A stretch of DNA of 64,000 nt from an uncultured Trueperaceae bacterium (lineage in GTDB: Bacteria; Deinococcota; Deinococci; Deinococcales; Trueperaceae): positions 192,001 through 256,000 of the forward strand of contig CAWFFU010000011.1 of the NCBI GenBank assembly GCA_963815215.1, written 5' to 3'. The translations under genes were made by a program, and so were the position numbers. Shown piece after piece: positions 50,062 through 62,185 of the stretch (positions within the stretch are counted from its first letter, which is position 1; every line of letters starts with the position of its first letter). The notes beneath the pieces were generated by a model. That model did no database searches. It saw only the letters and a list, made by a program, of their open reading frames with translations, and was not told where the DNA came from.

Positions 50062-51951
50062 ATGGATGAAGGCCACCTCCGCGAGTTGCAGGGGCTGAAG
50101 GATCTGCGTGGCTTCCTGGCGTTCCTGGAGAGCCGCGGCGAACTCCTGCGTGTCCAAGAGCCCGTGTCCGCCGCGTTCGAGATCACCGAGATCGCAGACC
50201 GCGTCGTGAAGCGGGGTGGGCCGGCGTTGCTGTTCGAGAACGTCGAAGGCTCGGACATCCCGGTCGCCATCAACCTCTTCGGCAGCCGCCAGCGCACCGC
50301 CTGGGCCCTGGGCGTCGACTCGCTCGACGCCATCACCGACCGCATCCGCAACCTGCTCGACGTGCGCCTCGGCGGCGGCCTGATGGGGCTCATGTCGAAC
50401 CTGCCGAAGTTGCGCGAGGTGGCCTCGCTGCCGCCGAAGCGGGTACGCAACGCCCCCGTCCACGAGGTGGTGTGGCAGGGCGACGAGGTCGACCTGACGC
50501 GGCTGCCGGTGCTGACGTGCTGGCCCAACGACGGCGGTCCCTTCGTGACGCTCCCCCTGGTCGTGACCCGCGACCCGGAACAGGGCGACGTGAACGTCGG
50601 CATGTACCGGATGCAGATCTTCGATCGCGCCACCACCGGCATGCACTGGCAGCGCCACAAGACAGGCGCGCGGCACCTCGAGAGCGCCCGCCGGGCCGGA
50701 CAGAAGTTGCCGGTGGCGGTGGCCCTGGGAGGCGATCCTGCGCTCACGTACGCGGCCACCGCGCCGCTGCCGCCCGTTCCCGGTCTCAACGAGTACTCGC
50801 TGACCGGCTTCCTCCGGGGCCGGTCGCTGGAGGTCACGCGCGGGATCACGGTCGACCTCGACGTCCCCGCTCACGCCGAGTTCGTGCTGGAGGGTTACGT
50901 CGATCCCGAGGAGCCATGGCGCCCGGAAGGGCCCTTCGGGGACCACACCGGCTTCTACACGTTGACCGACCTCTACCCGACCTTCCACGTCACCGCCATC
51001 ACCATGCGCCGCGACCCCATCTATCCGGCCACCATCGTGGGCCGCCCCCCGATGGAGGACGCCTATCTCATCGAGGCCAGCGAACGCATCTTCCTGGTTC
51101 CCGCCCAACTGGTGATGCCCGAGCTGATCGACTACCACATGCCGCCGGCCGGCATCGCACACAACCTGGTCAACGTCCGGATCGACAAGCGCTACCCGGG
51201 CCAGGCCTACAAAGTCGCCAACGGGCTGCTGGGCCTCGGCCAGATGATGTTCGCCAAGGTGCTGCTGGTGTCGGACGAAGAAGTGAGCGCGACCGACTCG
51301 CTGGCCTTCTGGCGCACGGTGCTCGCGCGGGCGTTGCCCGGTCGCGACGAGCAGTTCGCGCGCGGGCCGATCGACGTGCTGGACCACTCCAGCCGGTCGT
51401 GGAGCTTCGGCTCCAAGATGATCATCGATGGCACCCGCAAGCATCCGGAGGAGGGCGACGAGGTGGCCTGGAGCCCGAACGTCGAGCGCCCGGCGAGGGT
51501 GCTTCCCCACCATGCCGAGATCGCCGATCAGCACCAGGTCGCTGGGGGCTTCTGGTTCATCACCACCCGCAAGACCCGGGCCGGCCAGGGACGACATCTG
51601 GGCGAGTGGGCGGCGCGCCAGGCGGCGTGCCGCGGGGTGCGGTTGATCGCGGTGCTGGACGACGAGACCGATGCTACCGACTTCGACGACTGCATGTGGA
51701 CGCTGCTCAACAATATCGACCCCGAGCGCGACGTGCAGGTGGTGGAGGGCGGCTTCGGCGGTGCCCCGGTGTACGTCATGGACGGGACCCCCAAGCTGGC
51801 CGAAGAGGGCTTCACGCGCGCATGGCCCCAGAAGATCCGCATGTCGGACGACGTGAAGCGCCGCGTGGACGCCATCGCCGAGCGCCTAGGGCTCCCCTCC
51901 GAGACGGCCACCCCCGGCCGCGACGCCGTTGCCCTGGAACGCGACGCCTGA
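50062..51951 (+). CDS. UbiD-family decarboxylase (menaquinone/futalosine-pathway type)
   Basis: EITEIADR, GGPALLF, NVGMYRMQ, EGPFGDHTGFY and GPIDVLDH motifs. Confidence 0.92.
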   Translation: MDEGHLRELQGLKDLRGFLAFLESRGELLRVQEPVSAAFEITEIADRVVKRGGPALLFENVEGSDIPVAINLFGSRQRTAWALGVDSLDAITDRIRNLLDVRLGGGLMGLMSNLPKLREVASLPPKRVRNAPVHEVVWQGDEVDLTRLPVLTCWPNDGGPFVTLPLVVTRDPEQGDVNVGMYRMQIFDRATTGMHWQRHKTGARHLESARRAGQKLPVAVALGGDPALTYAATAPLPPVPGLNEYSLTGFLRGRSLEVTRGITVDLDVPAHAEFVLEGYVDPEEPWRPEGPFGDHTGFYTLTDLYPTFHVTAITMRRDPIYPATIVGRPPMEDAYLIEASERIFLVPAQLVMPELIDYHMPPAGIAHNLVNVRIDKRYPGQAYKVANGLLGLGQMMFAKVLLVSDEEVSATDSLAFWRTVLARALPGRDEQFARGPIDVLDHSSRSWSFGSKMIIDGTRKHPEEGDEVAWSPNVERPARVLPHHAEIADQHQVAGGFWFITTRKTRAGQGRHLGEWAARQAACRGVRLIAVLDDETDATDFDDCMWTLLNNIDPERDVQVVEGGFGGAPVYVMDGTPKLAEEGFTRAWPQKIRMSDDVKRRVDAIAERLGLPSETATPGRDAVALERDA

Positions 51952-52005
51952 GCCGCGGGCCCGGGCCGACGCGTTACCCGGCCGGCGCCTCGCCGGCCGC
52001 GACGA

Positions 52006-52857
52006 TCATCTCCGGGCCACCACCGCGGCGACCAGGAACAGCGCGGCCTGCGTGAGCACGATGGTCGAACCGCTGGGAACGTCGGCCAGGTAGGACAGTC
52101 CCAGTCCGACGACGGTTGTGACCACCGCCAGCACCACGCTCAGGACCGTCATCTGCGCCAGCGAGCTCGCCAGCAGTCGGGCGCTCGCCGCCGGGATCAC
52201 GAGGTACGCCGCCATCAGGATGATGCCGACCACCACCGAGCTCACGGCGATGACCAGGGCGGCGCACGCGAACAGCAGGTACTCCAACAGTCGTGCACGG
52301 ACGCCGTCGGTGCGTGCCAGCTCGTCGTCGAAGGTGGCGTAGGCCAGGCGCCCCCACACTCCGAGCAGGAACGCCACCGCCACCACCGCCACCACGGCGA
52401 TGGCGGCGAGGTCCGGCCTGGTGACGGCCAGGATCGAGCCGAACAGCAGGTCCATCAGCGACAACCCGAGGTTGACGTCGGGCGGGATGAGCGAGAAGAA
52501 GAGCACGCCCAGCGCCACCGACACCGCGAAGAACACTCCGATGGCGGTATCGCTGCTGAGTCGCGTGTGCTCCCGCACCCAGGCGATCGCCAGGGCGGCG
52601 AGCAGACTGAACGGCGCCGCGATCCACAGCGGGTGCTGCAAGAGTCCCACGCCGCTCGCCAACAATCCGCTCGACACGATGATGAACGCGCCCAGGCCCA
52701 TCCCCCCGAAGGCGGCGTGCGCGAGCCCTGCCCCCAGGAACGACAGCCGCCGCTGAACCACGAACACCCCGAGCAGACCCGACATCACGGCGATCAGCAC
52801 GCCCGCCGCCAGAGCGCGCTGCATGAACGCCAGGTGCAGGGCGTCGAGCAGGCTCAC
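52006..52857 (-). CDS. Metal (Zn/Mn) ABC transporter permease, ZnuB-like
   Basis: FMQRAL, GLAHAAFGG, LLFGSIL and VVGIILM motifs. Confidence 0.9.
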   Translation of the reverse strand: MSLLDALHLAFMQRALAAGVLIAVMSGLLGVFVVQRRLSFLGAGLAHAAFGGMGLGAFIIVSSGLLASGVGLLQHPLWIAAPFSLLAALAIAWVREHTRLSSDTAIGVFFAVSVALGVLFFSLIPPDVNLGLSLMDLLFGSILAVTRPDLAAIAVVAVVAVAFLLGVWGRLAYATFDDELARTDGVRARLLEYLLFACAALVIAVSSVVVGIILMAAYLVIPAASARLLASSLAQMTVLSVVLAVVTTVVGLGLSYLADVPSGSTIVLTQAALFLVAAVVARR

Positions 52858-52884
52858 CGGGCGCCCGTCTCGCCGCGTGGGGAC

Positions 52885-53640
<756 letters not shown>

Positions 53641-53694
53641 CGCTGCGCGCTCCGGTGCAACGCCGCCGGGCGCGGGATGCCGGAGGCGGCGGCG

Positions 53695-53715
53695 AATCGA
53701 GAATGGGTTCTCATT
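53695..53715 (-). promoter_or_regulatory. Fur/Zur-family box-like palindrome
   Basis: Minus strand AATGAGAA-CCCA-TTCTCGATT, ~55 bp upstream of the metal ABC ATPase. Confidence 0.55.
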
Positions 53716-53794
53716 AGGGGATCACTCTACCCGGACACACCCTCGCTGCCAAGGCCTGACGACACCGGGCGGCCCCGACCGAGCCCATGGCAAG

Positions 53795-53828
53795 GCGGCG
53801 GCCGCCCGGATGTCCGGGCGGCCGCCGC
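53795..53828. terminator. Hairpin downstream of rpmB
   Basis: GCGGCGGCCGCCCGG-ATGT-CCGGGCGGCCGCCGC. Confidence 0.65.
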
Positions 53829-53861
53829 TCGAAACGCCGTCCACGGCGTCGTCTGCTCGCG

Positions 53862-54107
53862 TCAGATCTTGTTCGGGTTGACGAAGACGGTGGGGTCGAG
53901 CTGCCGAAGGGCCTTGGCGCTGATCCACACCTTCTGGGGCTTGCCGTCGACCCATAGGGTCTTCTTCTGCAGGTTGGGCTTCAACTGGCGCTTGTGCACA
54001 CCCACCTGCTTCACACCGACCCCGCCCCGCTTCTTGGGCGAGCCCTTGCGCTTGCTGGTGGTGGTGCTGTGCGTCTTCTTCCCTGTGATGGCACACACAC
54101 GCGGCAT
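53862..54107 (-). CDS. rpmB: 50S ribosomal protein L28
   Basis: MPRVCAITGKK...KKRGGVG...KPNLQKK..W...ISAKALR; RBS GGAGG. Confidence 0.92.
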   Translation of the reverse strand: MPRVCAITGKKTHSTTTSKRKGSPKKRGGVGVKQVGVHKRQLKPNLQKKTLWVDGKPQKVWISAKALRQLDPTVFVNPNKI

Positions 54108-54268
54108 GTTCACGTCCTCCGTCGCGTCGGTCTGGCGTTGACGTCGCGTTCGATTCCGGGGGTCGCGCGCCGCCGACGGGCGCCGCGCCTACCCAAACAC
54201 TGGATAGTAGCACAGACCCTCCCACGAAAGCCACCACCAAGGCTCCCGCAACCCCATAGAATGCCCGC

Positions 54269-54802
54269 ATGACGCGCGACGAACTGGCCGCCCTCATCCA
54301 CCGCCGCTCGCTCCTGCACGGCCACTTCGTGCTGCGCTCGGGCACCACCAGCGACCGCTACTTCGACAAGTACCTGTTCGAGTCCGATCCGGAGCTGCTG
54401 CGGGCCATCGCCGAGGCCATGGCGCCACTGGTCCCGGACGGCATCGACGCCATCGCCGGGCTCGAGCTCGGCGGCGTCCCGCTGGCGGTGATGCTCTCGC
54501 AGCTAACCGGCCTGCCGACCCTGTTCGTTCGCAAGAGGGCCAAGGAGTACGGCACCCGCCGACTGGCGGAGGGCGGCGACATCGCGGGCCGGCGCCTGCT
54601 GGTGGTCGAGGACGTCATCACCTCCGGCGGCCAGGTGGTGCTCTCCACCCGCGACCTGCGCGAGCTCGGCGCCAGTGTCGAGCAGGCCCTGTGCGTCATC
54701 GACCGGGAGGCCGGCGGAGCGGCCAACCTGGCGGAGGCCGACGTGCGCCTCACCCCGCTGTTCACCATGAGCGCGCTGGAGCGCGCCGCCGATCCGGGCT
54801 GA
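54269..54802 (+). CDS. pyrE: Orotate phosphoribosyltransferase
   Basis: [22 protein letters not shown] and [10 protein letters not shown] motifs. Confidence 0.92.
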   Translation: MTRDELAALIHRRSLLHGHFVLRSGTTSDRYFDKYLFESDPELLRAIAEAMAPLVPDGIDAIAGLELGGVPLAVMLSQLTGLPTLFVRKRAKEYGTRRLAEGGDIAGRRLLVVEDVITSGGQVVLSTRDLRELGASVEQALCVIDREAGGAANLAEADVRLTPLFTMSALERAADPG

Positions 54803-54836
54803 GCCCACGGGCCGGGGCCGGGGGCTATCCTCGGCT

Positions 54837-55199
54837 ATGGCAGACTCCGAGCGTCCCACAGACACCCTGTTCGAGAGGATCGTCCGGCGCGAGGTGCCCG
54901 CCGACATCGTCTATCAGGACGAACGCGTCACCGCCTTCCGAGACATCCGGCCGCAGGCGCCGGTACACGTCCTGATCGTCCCCAACGAGCGCATCCCCAC
55001 GGCCGCCGACGTCACCGACGACGACGAGGCCGTGCTCGGCCACCTGTTGGTGGTGGCCGCGCGGGTGGCCGAGCAGGAGGGCCTGCAGAAAGGTTACCGC
55101 CTGCTGGTGAACTGCAAGGAGCACGGACACCAGGAGGTCTACCACCTCCACGTCCACCTGCTCGGCGGCCGGCCGCTCGGTCCCATGCTCTGCCGCTGA
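54837..55199 (+). CDS. HIT-family (histidine triad) nucleotide-binding protein
   Basis: [14 protein letters not shown] and [13 protein letters not shown] motifs. Confidence 0.95.
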   Translation: MADSERPTDTLFERIVRREVPADIVYQDERVTAFRDIRPQAPVHVLIVPNERIPTAADVTDDDEAVLGHLLVVAARVAEQEGLQKGYRLLVNCKEHGHQEVYHLHVHLLGGRPLGPMLCR

Positions 55200-55252
55200 C
55201 GCGACGGCGCCCGACACGCGGGACGGAACCGAACGCGTGTTAGCTTCGAACC

Positions 55253-55861
55253 ATGCACGGCCTCGCGCTCGTCGGGAACGCGCTCACCCTCGACCGGCAG
55301 GCCTTCGTCCTGCTCGACCAGGGAGTGACCGGCCTGCGCCTGTCGCTGGCGGTGGTGTTCGTGGCGGGCGTCTCCGCCGCCATCGGGCAGAGCGTCGTGC
55401 TGTTCGCGAACCGCGTCTCGCAGCGCCGCTTCCTGTTCAGCCTGCTGCTCTCGGGCGCCGTGTACGTGCTGGTCTTCCTGTTCTGGTCCACATCGGCGTG
55501 GCTGATCGCGGTGTACGTCTTCGGTCACCCGCGGCCCTACCTCAACGCCCTGCGAACCGTGGGGCTGGCGTACAGTCCGCAACTCTTCGGTTTCCTGGTC
55601 CTCACCCCCTACTTCGGTTCCTTCATCGCGGCCGCCCTGTCGGTATGGAACCTGCTGGCCATCGTGGTTGCGACGCGCGCCGTGTTCCACCTCACCACCC
55701 TCGAAGCGGTCGCCAGCGCCGCACTCGGCTGGGTCCTGCTGCAGCTCCTGCAGCGCACCATCGGGCGGCCCGTGATGGGCCTCGGCCGGCGCCTGCGGAT
55801 CGTCGTGGCAGGCCGGCGCCTGGTCCCCTTCAAGGAGGCGGTCGAGGAGGGCGAGGGCTAG
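55253..55861 (+). CDS. Yip1-like multi-pass membrane protein
   Basis: About 5 TM helices; LRTVGLAYSPQL..L...PYFG motif. Confidence 0.65.
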   Translation: MHGLALVGNALTLDRQAFVLLDQGVTGLRLSLAVVFVAGVSAAIGQSVVLFANRVSQRRFLFSLLLSGAVYVLVFLFWSTSAWLIAVYVFGHPRPYLNALRTVGLAYSPQLFGFLVLTPYFGSFIAAALSVWNLLAIVVATRAVFHLTTLEAVASAALGWVLLQLLQRTIGRPVMGLGRRLRIVVAGRRLVPFKEAVEEGEG

Positions 55862-55862
55862 C

Positions 55863-56828
55863 ATGCGTCTGTTCGACGTCTGGCTGCTGGTCGGGCTGGC
55901 GTTCCTGGCGCTGCTCCTGGCCGGGGCGCTGGCACCGCTCGAAGCGCTCGGTTGGTGGGCTGGCTGGTACGGGCGCCGTTCCGAGGAGCAACCCGTGCGG
56001 CTCGCGAGCAGCGCGCCCGCGCCGCAGCATTTCATCGTCTTCCTGTCCGGGATCCACAGCGTCGCCGAGCACGCGTTCGCGCGCCGCGAGGTGGTGCTGC
56101 TGGAGCGCCTGCGCGAGCGCCTGCCCGACAGCCGCATCCTCGAGGTCTTCCCCTACTCGGTGACGAACAACGCCCTGACCGGGCAACGCGCCTTCGCACG
56201 CTTCTGGCGTTGGGCGTTGCGCATGAAGCTCAGCCGCCGGACGCTGGCCAACATGGCGGGCATGCTCATCAACTTGCGCAATCTGTGGCAGGTCGCGGTA
56301 TCGGCCGACCGGCGCTACGGCCCGATCTACAATCACGGCAGCGCCGAGCTCATCACCGAGGCGCTGCTGGCGGCGGGCTACGTCCCGGCCAGCGGCACCC
56401 GCGTCACGCTCATCGGCTACAGCGGAGGGGGACAGATCGCGCTGGGCGCTGCGGGCCACCTCGACGAGATCCTGGGCACGCCCGTCGACGTCATCGCCCT
56501 CGGCGGCGTGATGGCGTCGGATCCGGCCGCCTTGCAGGTGAGGCACCTCTATTACCTCTACGGCGATCGCGACGGCATCCAGCGTGCCGGCTTCATCTTC
56601 TTCGCCGGTAGGTGGCCGTTGCTACGCTACTCCCCCTGGAACCAGGCCCGGGCCAAGGGGCTGATCACCCGCCTCCGTCTGGGTCCGATGGGGCACACCG
56701 GGCGCGACGGCTACCTGTCCACCACCGCCACGCTCCCCGACGGCCGCAGCTACCTCGACGCCACCGTTGACGCCATCGCGGCGATCGTCGAGCGCGGCGC
56801 CAGCGCGGCCGAGCCCTCGGCCGCCTGA
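55863..56828 (+). CDS. Membrane-anchored alpha/beta-hydrolase-fold protein
   Basis: N-terminal TM helix; nucleophile elbow LIGYSGGG; late GH motif. Confidence 0.65.
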   Translation: MRLFDVWLLVGLAFLALLLAGALAPLEALGWWAGWYGRRSEEQPVRLASSAPAPQHFIVFLSGIHSVAEHAFARREVVLLERLRERLPDSRILEVFPYSVTNNALTGQRAFARFWRWALRMKLSRRTLANMAGMLINLRNLWQVAVSADRRYGPIYNHGSAELITEALLAAGYVPASGTRVTLIGYSGGGQIALGAAGHLDEILGTPVDVIALGGVMASDPAALQVRHLYYLYGDRDGIQRAGFIFFAGRWPLLRYSPWNQARAKGLITRLRLGPMGHTGRDGYLSTTATLPDGRSYLDATVDAIAAIVERGASAAEPSAA

Positions 56829-56856
56829 CGTTCGCTCCCTCGCCCGGACCCGGGCC

Positions 56857-58389
56857 TCAGCGGTACTCGCCCCACTCGTTGCGGAGCACGCCGGCGATCT
56901 CCCCCAGCGTGGCGTGGGCCCGGAAAGCGTGGAGCACGGCCGGGAACAGATTCTCGTCGGTCCTCGCCCGCTGCGCTACGGCGTCCAGCGCCGCGGAAGC
57001 GGCGGCGCCGTCGCGACGCTCGCGGAACGCACGCACTTCGGCCACCCGTCGCTGCTGCAACCCTGGATCGATGCGCTGCACCGGCACGGCGTCTCCGGCA
57101 CTATCGTCGACGAAGCGGTTGATACCGACCACCACGCGTTCGCCGTCCTCGACATCACGTTGCTGCCGGTACGCCGACTCCTCGATCTCGCGCTGCACGT
57201 AGCCTGCCTCGATGGCTTCGACGGCGCCCCCCAGGTCCTCGATGCGCTGCATCAACTCCTGCGCCTCGGACTCCAGCGCGTCGGTGAGGCGCTCCAGGTA
57301 GAAACTGCCACCGAGCGGGTCGATCGCGTCGGGGACGCCCGTTTCGTGCGCCAGGATCTGCTGCGTGCGCAGCGCCAGCCGCGCCGAGCTCGGCGTGGGC
57401 AGGCCCAGCGCCTCGTCGAGCGCGTTGGTGTGCAGGCTCTGGGTGCCGCCGAGGACTGCCGCCAGCGCTTGGAACGCGGTCCTGACCACGTTGTTGTCCG
57501 GCTGCTGCGCCGTCAGCGTGCTGCCGCCGGTCTGGGTGTGGAAACGCAGCATCAGGGCCTTGGGCTCGGTGGCGCCGAACTCTTCGCGCATGATGCGCGC
57601 CCACATGCGCCGCGCGGCCCGGAACTTCGCCACCTCCTCGAACAGATGGCTGTGACAGGCGAAGAAGAACGACAGTCGAGGACCGAAGGCATCGACCTCG
57701 AGGCCGGCGCGCTGGGCGGCGCGCACGTACGCACGCGCGTTGGCGAGCGTGAAGGCGACCTCCTGGGCCGCGCTCGCGCCCGCTTCGCGGATGTGGTAGC
57801 CGGAGATGGAGATGGTGTTGAAGTTCGGCAAGCGCTCGGCACAGTACGCGAACAGGTCGGTCACCAGCCGCATGCTGGGAACGGCCGGATAGATGTAGGT
57901 CCCGCGCGCCACGTACTCCTTCAGGATGTCGTTCTGCACGGTCCCGCCCAGGCGCTCCCCGGACACCCCCTGCTCCTCGCCCACCAACTGATAGAGCGCG
58001 AGCAACATCATGGCCGGCGCATTGATGGTCATGGAGGTGGTCACGCGCTCCAGCGGGATCCCCTCGAACAGGCGGCGCATGTCCTCCACCGTGGCGATCG
58101 ACACGCCGACGCGTCCGACCTCCCCCGCGGCCAGCGGATCGTCCGGGTCGAGGCCCAGCTGGGTGGGCAGGTCGAACGCCACCGACAGACCGGCTACGCC
58201 CTGCTCGAGCAGGTAGCGGTAGCGCTCGTTGGACTCCTCCGCGGTCCCGAAGCCGGCGTACTGCCGCATGGTCCACAATCGACCCTCGCTGTACATCTGC
58301 GGGTAGACGCCGCGCGTGAACGGATAGGCGCCGGGACGCCCGAGCCGCTCCGGGAGCCCGTCGGGAGGACCGTCGTAGATGGGCTTCAT
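56857..58389 (-). CDS. Methylmalonyl-CoA mutase, N-terminal (substrate-binding) subunit
   Basis: [47 protein letters not shown] and QSLHTN motifs; no B12-binding domain. Confidence 0.93.
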   Translation of the reverse strand: MKPIYDGPPDGLPERLGRPGAYPFTRGVYPQMYSEGRLWTMRQYAGFGTAEESNERYRYLLEQGVAGLSVAFDLPTQLGLDPDDPLAAGEVGRVGVSIATVEDMRRLFEGIPLERVTTSMTINAPAMMLLALYQLVGEEQGVSGERLGGTVQNDILKEYVARGTYIYPAVPSMRLVTDLFAYCAERLPNFNTISISGYHIREAGASAAQEVAFTLANARAYVRAAQRAGLEVDAFGPRLSFFFACHSHLFEEVAKFRAARRMWARIMREEFGATEPKALMLRFHTQTGGSTLTAQQPDNNVVRTAFQALAAVLGGTQSLHTNALDEALGLPTPSSARLALRTQQILAHETGVPDAIDPLGGSFYLERLTDALESEAQELMQRIEDLGGAVEAIEAGYVQREIEESAYRQQRDVEDGERVVVGINRFVDDSAGDAVPVQRIDPGLQQRRVAEVRAFRERRDGAAASAALDAVAQRARTDENLFPAVLHAFRAHATLGEIAGVLRNEWGEYR

Positions 58390-58473
58390 GCCGCGATGAT
58401 AACGGAGCCGGGCGCACCGGACGGTGGGGCGGCGGCCCCCCGGGCGCCGCCAGTGCGGCGTTAGACTGACGCT

Positions 58474-59958
58474 ATGAGGCTCTACAGCGCAGCGCAGATG
58501 CGCTCGGCCGACGCCGCCGCGGCCGCTGCAGGCATGCCGACCCAGCTGCTGATGGAGGCCGCCGGCCGCGCGGTGGCCGAGGCCACGCGCGAACACTACC
58601 CGAACGCGCGCCGTGTGCTGGTGCTGTGCGGCACGGGCAACAACGGCGGCGACGGCTACGTGGCCGCGCGCTTCCTGCTGGCGTCCGGCGCCTCCGTCGA
58701 CGTGCTGGAGATGACCTCCGAGCCCTCCGGCGACGACGCCGCCGGCGCGCGGCGCGCCTTCCTCGCGCACGGGGGCCGGCCGGCCGCGCTCGATGGCGAC
58801 GGGCTGGACGCCGCGCTGGCGCGCTGCGACGTGGTGTTGGATGCGCTCCTCGGCAGCGGACTGGATCGCCCTCTGCACGGTGTGCTGCAGCGACTCGTCG
58901 AACAGGTGACGGCGAGCCGCCGGCCGGTGGTGGCGGTCGACGTGCCCACCGGAGTCTCCGCCGACGCGGCCACGCCCCCCGGCGCCCACCTGACCGCCGA
59001 GCTGACGGTCCAACTCGCCGGGCCCAAGCGCGCCAGCGCCTTCTACCCCGCCCGAAGCGCGTTCGGCCGTAGCGTGGTGGTCGACATCGGCGTCCCGGGC
59101 TCGGTGCTGGAGAGCGCGTCGCCGGTGGTGCTCCTCGGCGCCACCGACGCGGCGCGTTGGCTGCCGGCTCGAGCTCCCGACGCCCACAAGTACAGCGCCG
59201 GCACCGTGCTGGTGGTGGCCGGCTCGGAGCGCTACCTGGGCGCGGCCGAGCTGGCGTGCCGCGCCGCCTACCGGGGCGGCGCCGGGCTGGTAACGCTGGC
59301 GGCCGCGGCGCGCGCGCCCGCCGCCTGGCCCGAGGTGGTGTTCGAGCCGCTGCGCTGGAGCGACGACGATCCACTGACCGCCCTCGAGGGCATCGACCCG
59401 AAGCGGGCTCAGGTCGCCGTGGTCGGGCCCGGCCTCGATCCCGCGGCGCTGAGGTGGCTTCCGCGGCTGCTCGAGGGCCTGAAGGGCCCGCTGGTGCTCG
59501 ACGCCGGCGGGCTCGAACCCGGCTCCGAGCTGCGGGATGCGGTACGGGCCCACGGCCGCGCCGTCCTCACGCCGCACATCGGGGAGGCTTCGCGGCTGCT
59601 GGCGACGCCGGCCGGGGAGGTGCTGGCCGACCCGCTGGCTGCGGCAGCGACCCTGGCCGAGCGCTACGCCGCGGTCATCGTGCTGAAGGGCTCGAGCACC
59701 GTGGTGGCGGCGCCCGACGGCCGTCAGGCGGTATCGACACGGGGCCACCCCGGCATGGCCGTCGGCGGCACCGGCGACGTGCTGGCCGGGCTGCTCGGGG
59801 CGCTGTTGACGGGCGGAGATCCGTTCGAGCGAGCCTGCACCGGTGTCTACCTGCACGGGCGGGCGGGCGAGCGCGCCGCCGCCGAGCGCGGCGTGGGCCT
59901 GGTGGCCGACGACGTGGTGGATGCGCTGACCGGCGCCGTGGACGAGCTAGCGTGCTAG
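58474..59958 (+). CDS. nnr: Bifunctional NAD(P)H-hydrate epimerase/dehydratase
   Basis: [33 protein letters not shown] and GGTGDVLAG motifs. Confidence 0.93.
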   Translation: MRLYSAAQMRSADAAAAAAGMPTQLLMEAAGRAVAEATREHYPNARRVLVLCGTGNNGGDGYVAARFLLASGASVDVLEMTSEPSGDDAAGARRAFLAHGGRPAALDGDGLDAALARCDVVLDALLGSGLDRPLHGVLQRLVEQVTASRRPVVAVDVPTGVSADAATPPGAHLTAELTVQLAGPKRASAFYPARSAFGRSVVVDIGVPGSVLESASPVVLLGATDAARWLPARAPDAHKYSAGTVLVVAGSERYLGAAELACRAAYRGGAGLVTLAAAARAPAAWPEVVFEPLRWSDDDPLTALEGIDPKRAQVAVVGPGLDPAALRWLPRLLEGLKGPLVLDAGGLEPGSELRDAVRAHGRAVLTPHIGEASRLLATPAGEVLADPLAAAATLAERYAAVIVLKGSSTVVAAPDGRQAVSTRGHPGMAVGGTGDVLAGLLGALLTGGDPFERACTGVYLHGRAGERAAAERGVGLVADDVVDALTGAVDELAC

Positions 59959-59968
59959 ATTGCGGCCT

Positions 59969-60865
59969 ATGCTGCAGGTCCGCGTCCCCGCCACGAGTGC
60001 CAATCTCGGGCCCGGGTTCGACGCGCTGGGCATCGCGCTCGACCTCGACCTGACCGTCCGCGCTCTGCCGAGCGAGCGCGACCGTTTCACCTACCGGGGC
60101 GACGGCCACGTCGCCGATTCCCCCCATAATCTCGTCCACCAGGGGTTCCGGGCCGCCTACCACGAGCTCGATCTCGATCCTCCGGGGATGGCGTTCGAAG
60201 CCGACAACCCGATCCCATTGGCACGCGGGTTGGGCTCTTCGTCGGCCGCGCTGGTGGCGGGCGCCGCCCTGGCCGACGCCATGCTGGGCGAGCGCCTGGG
60301 CCGCGAAGCGGTGTTCCGGCTGGTGGCCCGTCTCGAGGGGCACCCCGACAACGTGGCTCCCGCGGTCTTCGGCGGCTTCACGGTGTCGGCGGCCGACGAG
60401 GCCGGAGCCTTCGTCAGCGCCAGCCTGCCGCTGCCGTCGAGCTGGCGGCTGCTGTTCGGCGTGCCGGACTTCGAGCTGCCGACTGCCAAGGCGCGCGCCG
60501 TGCTGCCGTCGAGTTATCCGCGCACCGACGCGGTCCGGACCTCGGGCCGGGCGGCGCTGTGGGCGGTCGCAGTGGCGACCGACCGCCCCGAGCTGCTGCG
60601 CGTGGCATCGCTGGATGTCGTCCACGAGCCCTATCGCGCCCCACTGGTGCCCGGCCTCGACGAGTGCCGCGCGGCGTTGCGCGCCGAAGGCGCCTTCGCC
60701 GCCTACCTCTCAGGCGCCGGGCCCACGCTTGGAGTGGTGGTCGACGACGCCCGTGCCGAACCCTGTCGTGTGCTGCTGGAGGACTTCGCCGGCGAGGGCG
60801 GGCGCGTGCTCGACCTCGGCGCCGGGTTCGGCTACCAGGTGGGGACCGCTCCCGAGCTCGACTGA
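59969..60865 (+). CDS. thrB: Homoserine kinase
   Basis: VPATSANLGPGFD, PLARGLGSS, EGHPDN and SGAGPT motifs. Confidence 0.95.
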   Translation: MLQVRVPATSANLGPGFDALGIALDLDLTVRALPSERDRFTYRGDGHVADSPHNLVHQGFRAAYHELDLDPPGMAFEADNPIPLARGLGSSSAALVAGAALADAMLGERLGREAVFRLVARLEGHPDNVAPAVFGGFTVSAADEAGAFVSASLPLPSSWRLLFGVPDFELPTAKARAVLPSSYPRTDAVRTSGRAALWAVAVATDRPELLRVASLDVVHEPYRAPLVPGLDECRAALRAEGAFAAYLSGAGPTLGVVVDDARAEPCRVLLEDFAGEGGRVLDLGAGFGYQVGTAPELD

Positions 60866-60953
60866 GCCCGGCAGGGTCCATCCTGCCGGGGCCCGCCACA
60901 GCTACGCCCGCGACACCGGGCCGGGACTCCCTCGCCGGCGATGCCGGGCAGCG

Positions 60954-62135
60954 CTAGACCCAGGCGCGCAGCACCTTGAAGCCGGCGTCCAGCCGCACGG
61001 TCTCGAAGCCCTTCCAGGCGTCGAGCTCCCGTTCGTACGGCAACGCGCGGTTGGCGACGATCCAGGCGCTCCCGCCGGCGCGCAGCCGCTCACGGGCTGT
61101 CCCCAGGAAGGCGCGCGCCAGCTCCAGGCGCACCTGCTTGCCGAGGTGGAAGGGCGGGTTGACGAGGAACGCGTCGAAGCGCGCTTCGGGCGCCAGAGCA
61201 GCATCGAGATCCGAGTGAAGGACGGTCGCCCGGTCCGGGAGGTTGCGCCGCGCGCTGCGCACGGCGCCGAGATCGTCGTCGAGAGCCGTCACCTGCGCCG
61301 CGCCGGCGCGAAGCGCGGCGTCCGCGAGGATGCCGGTACCACACCCCAGGTCCGCGACGGCGGCGCCATCGAGCTCCCGTCCGGCCCCGGCGTCGAGCGC
61401 CGCCAGTAGCAGCGCCGTGCCCGGGTCGACGGCGCGGGCGGCATGGACCCCCGGTAGCGACCACCAGCTCCTGCCGAGCGCCTCGAAGCTGCGCCAGGGA
61501 TCGGATTCGGGCGCGCCGCCGCCGGGTCGTCCGTCGTCGCGCGCCTCCGCCTCCGGGTCGACGCCCGGCTCCCGCGCTCCCTCCAGGCGAACCACCCGCC
61601 AGCCCCGGCTCCTGCGCACCACACTCACCCCGTGGAACCAGGCTGCGGCGTCGCGCTCGTAGCGCTTCGCGCCCTGGTCCTTGTGCATGGCGGCGTAGAC
61701 GACGCCGCCCGGCGCCAGTGCCCGGGCCGCGGCCGCCAGCTCGACGCGCACGCGGTCGTTGCCCCGGTCGGTGGGGGGCAGCAACAGCACGGTCCGCCAG
61801 CCGCCCCGCTCCAGGTCCCAGGGAAGCCCGGCAACGACGTCGATGCGTTCGTCGTCCTCGAAGCGCGCGTGGGCAGCACGCGCGGCCGCGAAGGAAGGCT
61901 CCAGCACCGCGACCCGGGTCGCGGTCGGAGCCGCCAACGCGCCCCCGCCGGCGCTGCCGGTCGCGTCGGCGACCTCTCCGACGGGGGCCGGGTCCTCGGC
62001 GGCGACCGCATCGAGCAGCTCGCCGAGGCCGGCCGCCGGCCCTGGGAAACCGCGCACGCCGGCCGAGCCGAGCAACTCGCCGTGCCCGTCGACGCCGAAG
62101 CGGACGAGGTGGTGGTGCGAGGTGGTGACGCTCAC
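60954..62135 (-). CDS. Class I SAM-dependent methyltransferase (RsmC-like)
   Basis: PGVH..VDPGT, DLGCGTG, NPPFH and IVANRALPYE motifs. Confidence 0.85.
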   Translation of the reverse strand: MSVTTSHHHLVRFGVDGHGELLGSAGVRGFPGPAAGLGELLDAVAAEDPAPVGEVADATGSAGGGALAAPTATRVAVLEPSFAAARAAHARFEDDERIDVVAGLPWDLERGGWRTVLLLPPTDRGNDRVRVELAAAARALAPGGVVYAAMHKDQGAKRYERDAAAWFHGVSVVRRSRGWRVVRLEGAREPGVDPEAEARDDGRPGGGAPESDPWRSFEALGRSWWSLPGVHAARAVDPGTALLLAALDAGAGRELDGAAVADLGCGTGILADAALRAGAAQVTALDDDLGAVRSARRNLPDRATVLHSDLDAALAPEARFDAFLVNPPFHLGKQVRLELARAFLGTARERLRAGGSAWIVANRALPYERELDAWKGFETVRLDAGFKVLRAWV

Positions 62136-62185
62136 GAGCCGCAGTCTACCCGCAGCCCGCCTCCCCCCGGTGGTAGCGTTGGGGC

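Noticed and set aside
58390..59856. N-terminal ~490 aa of the 999-aa ORF, suggesting a giant fusion mutase
   Set aside because: It is the antisense shadow of nnr; mutase homology starts at ATG 58389
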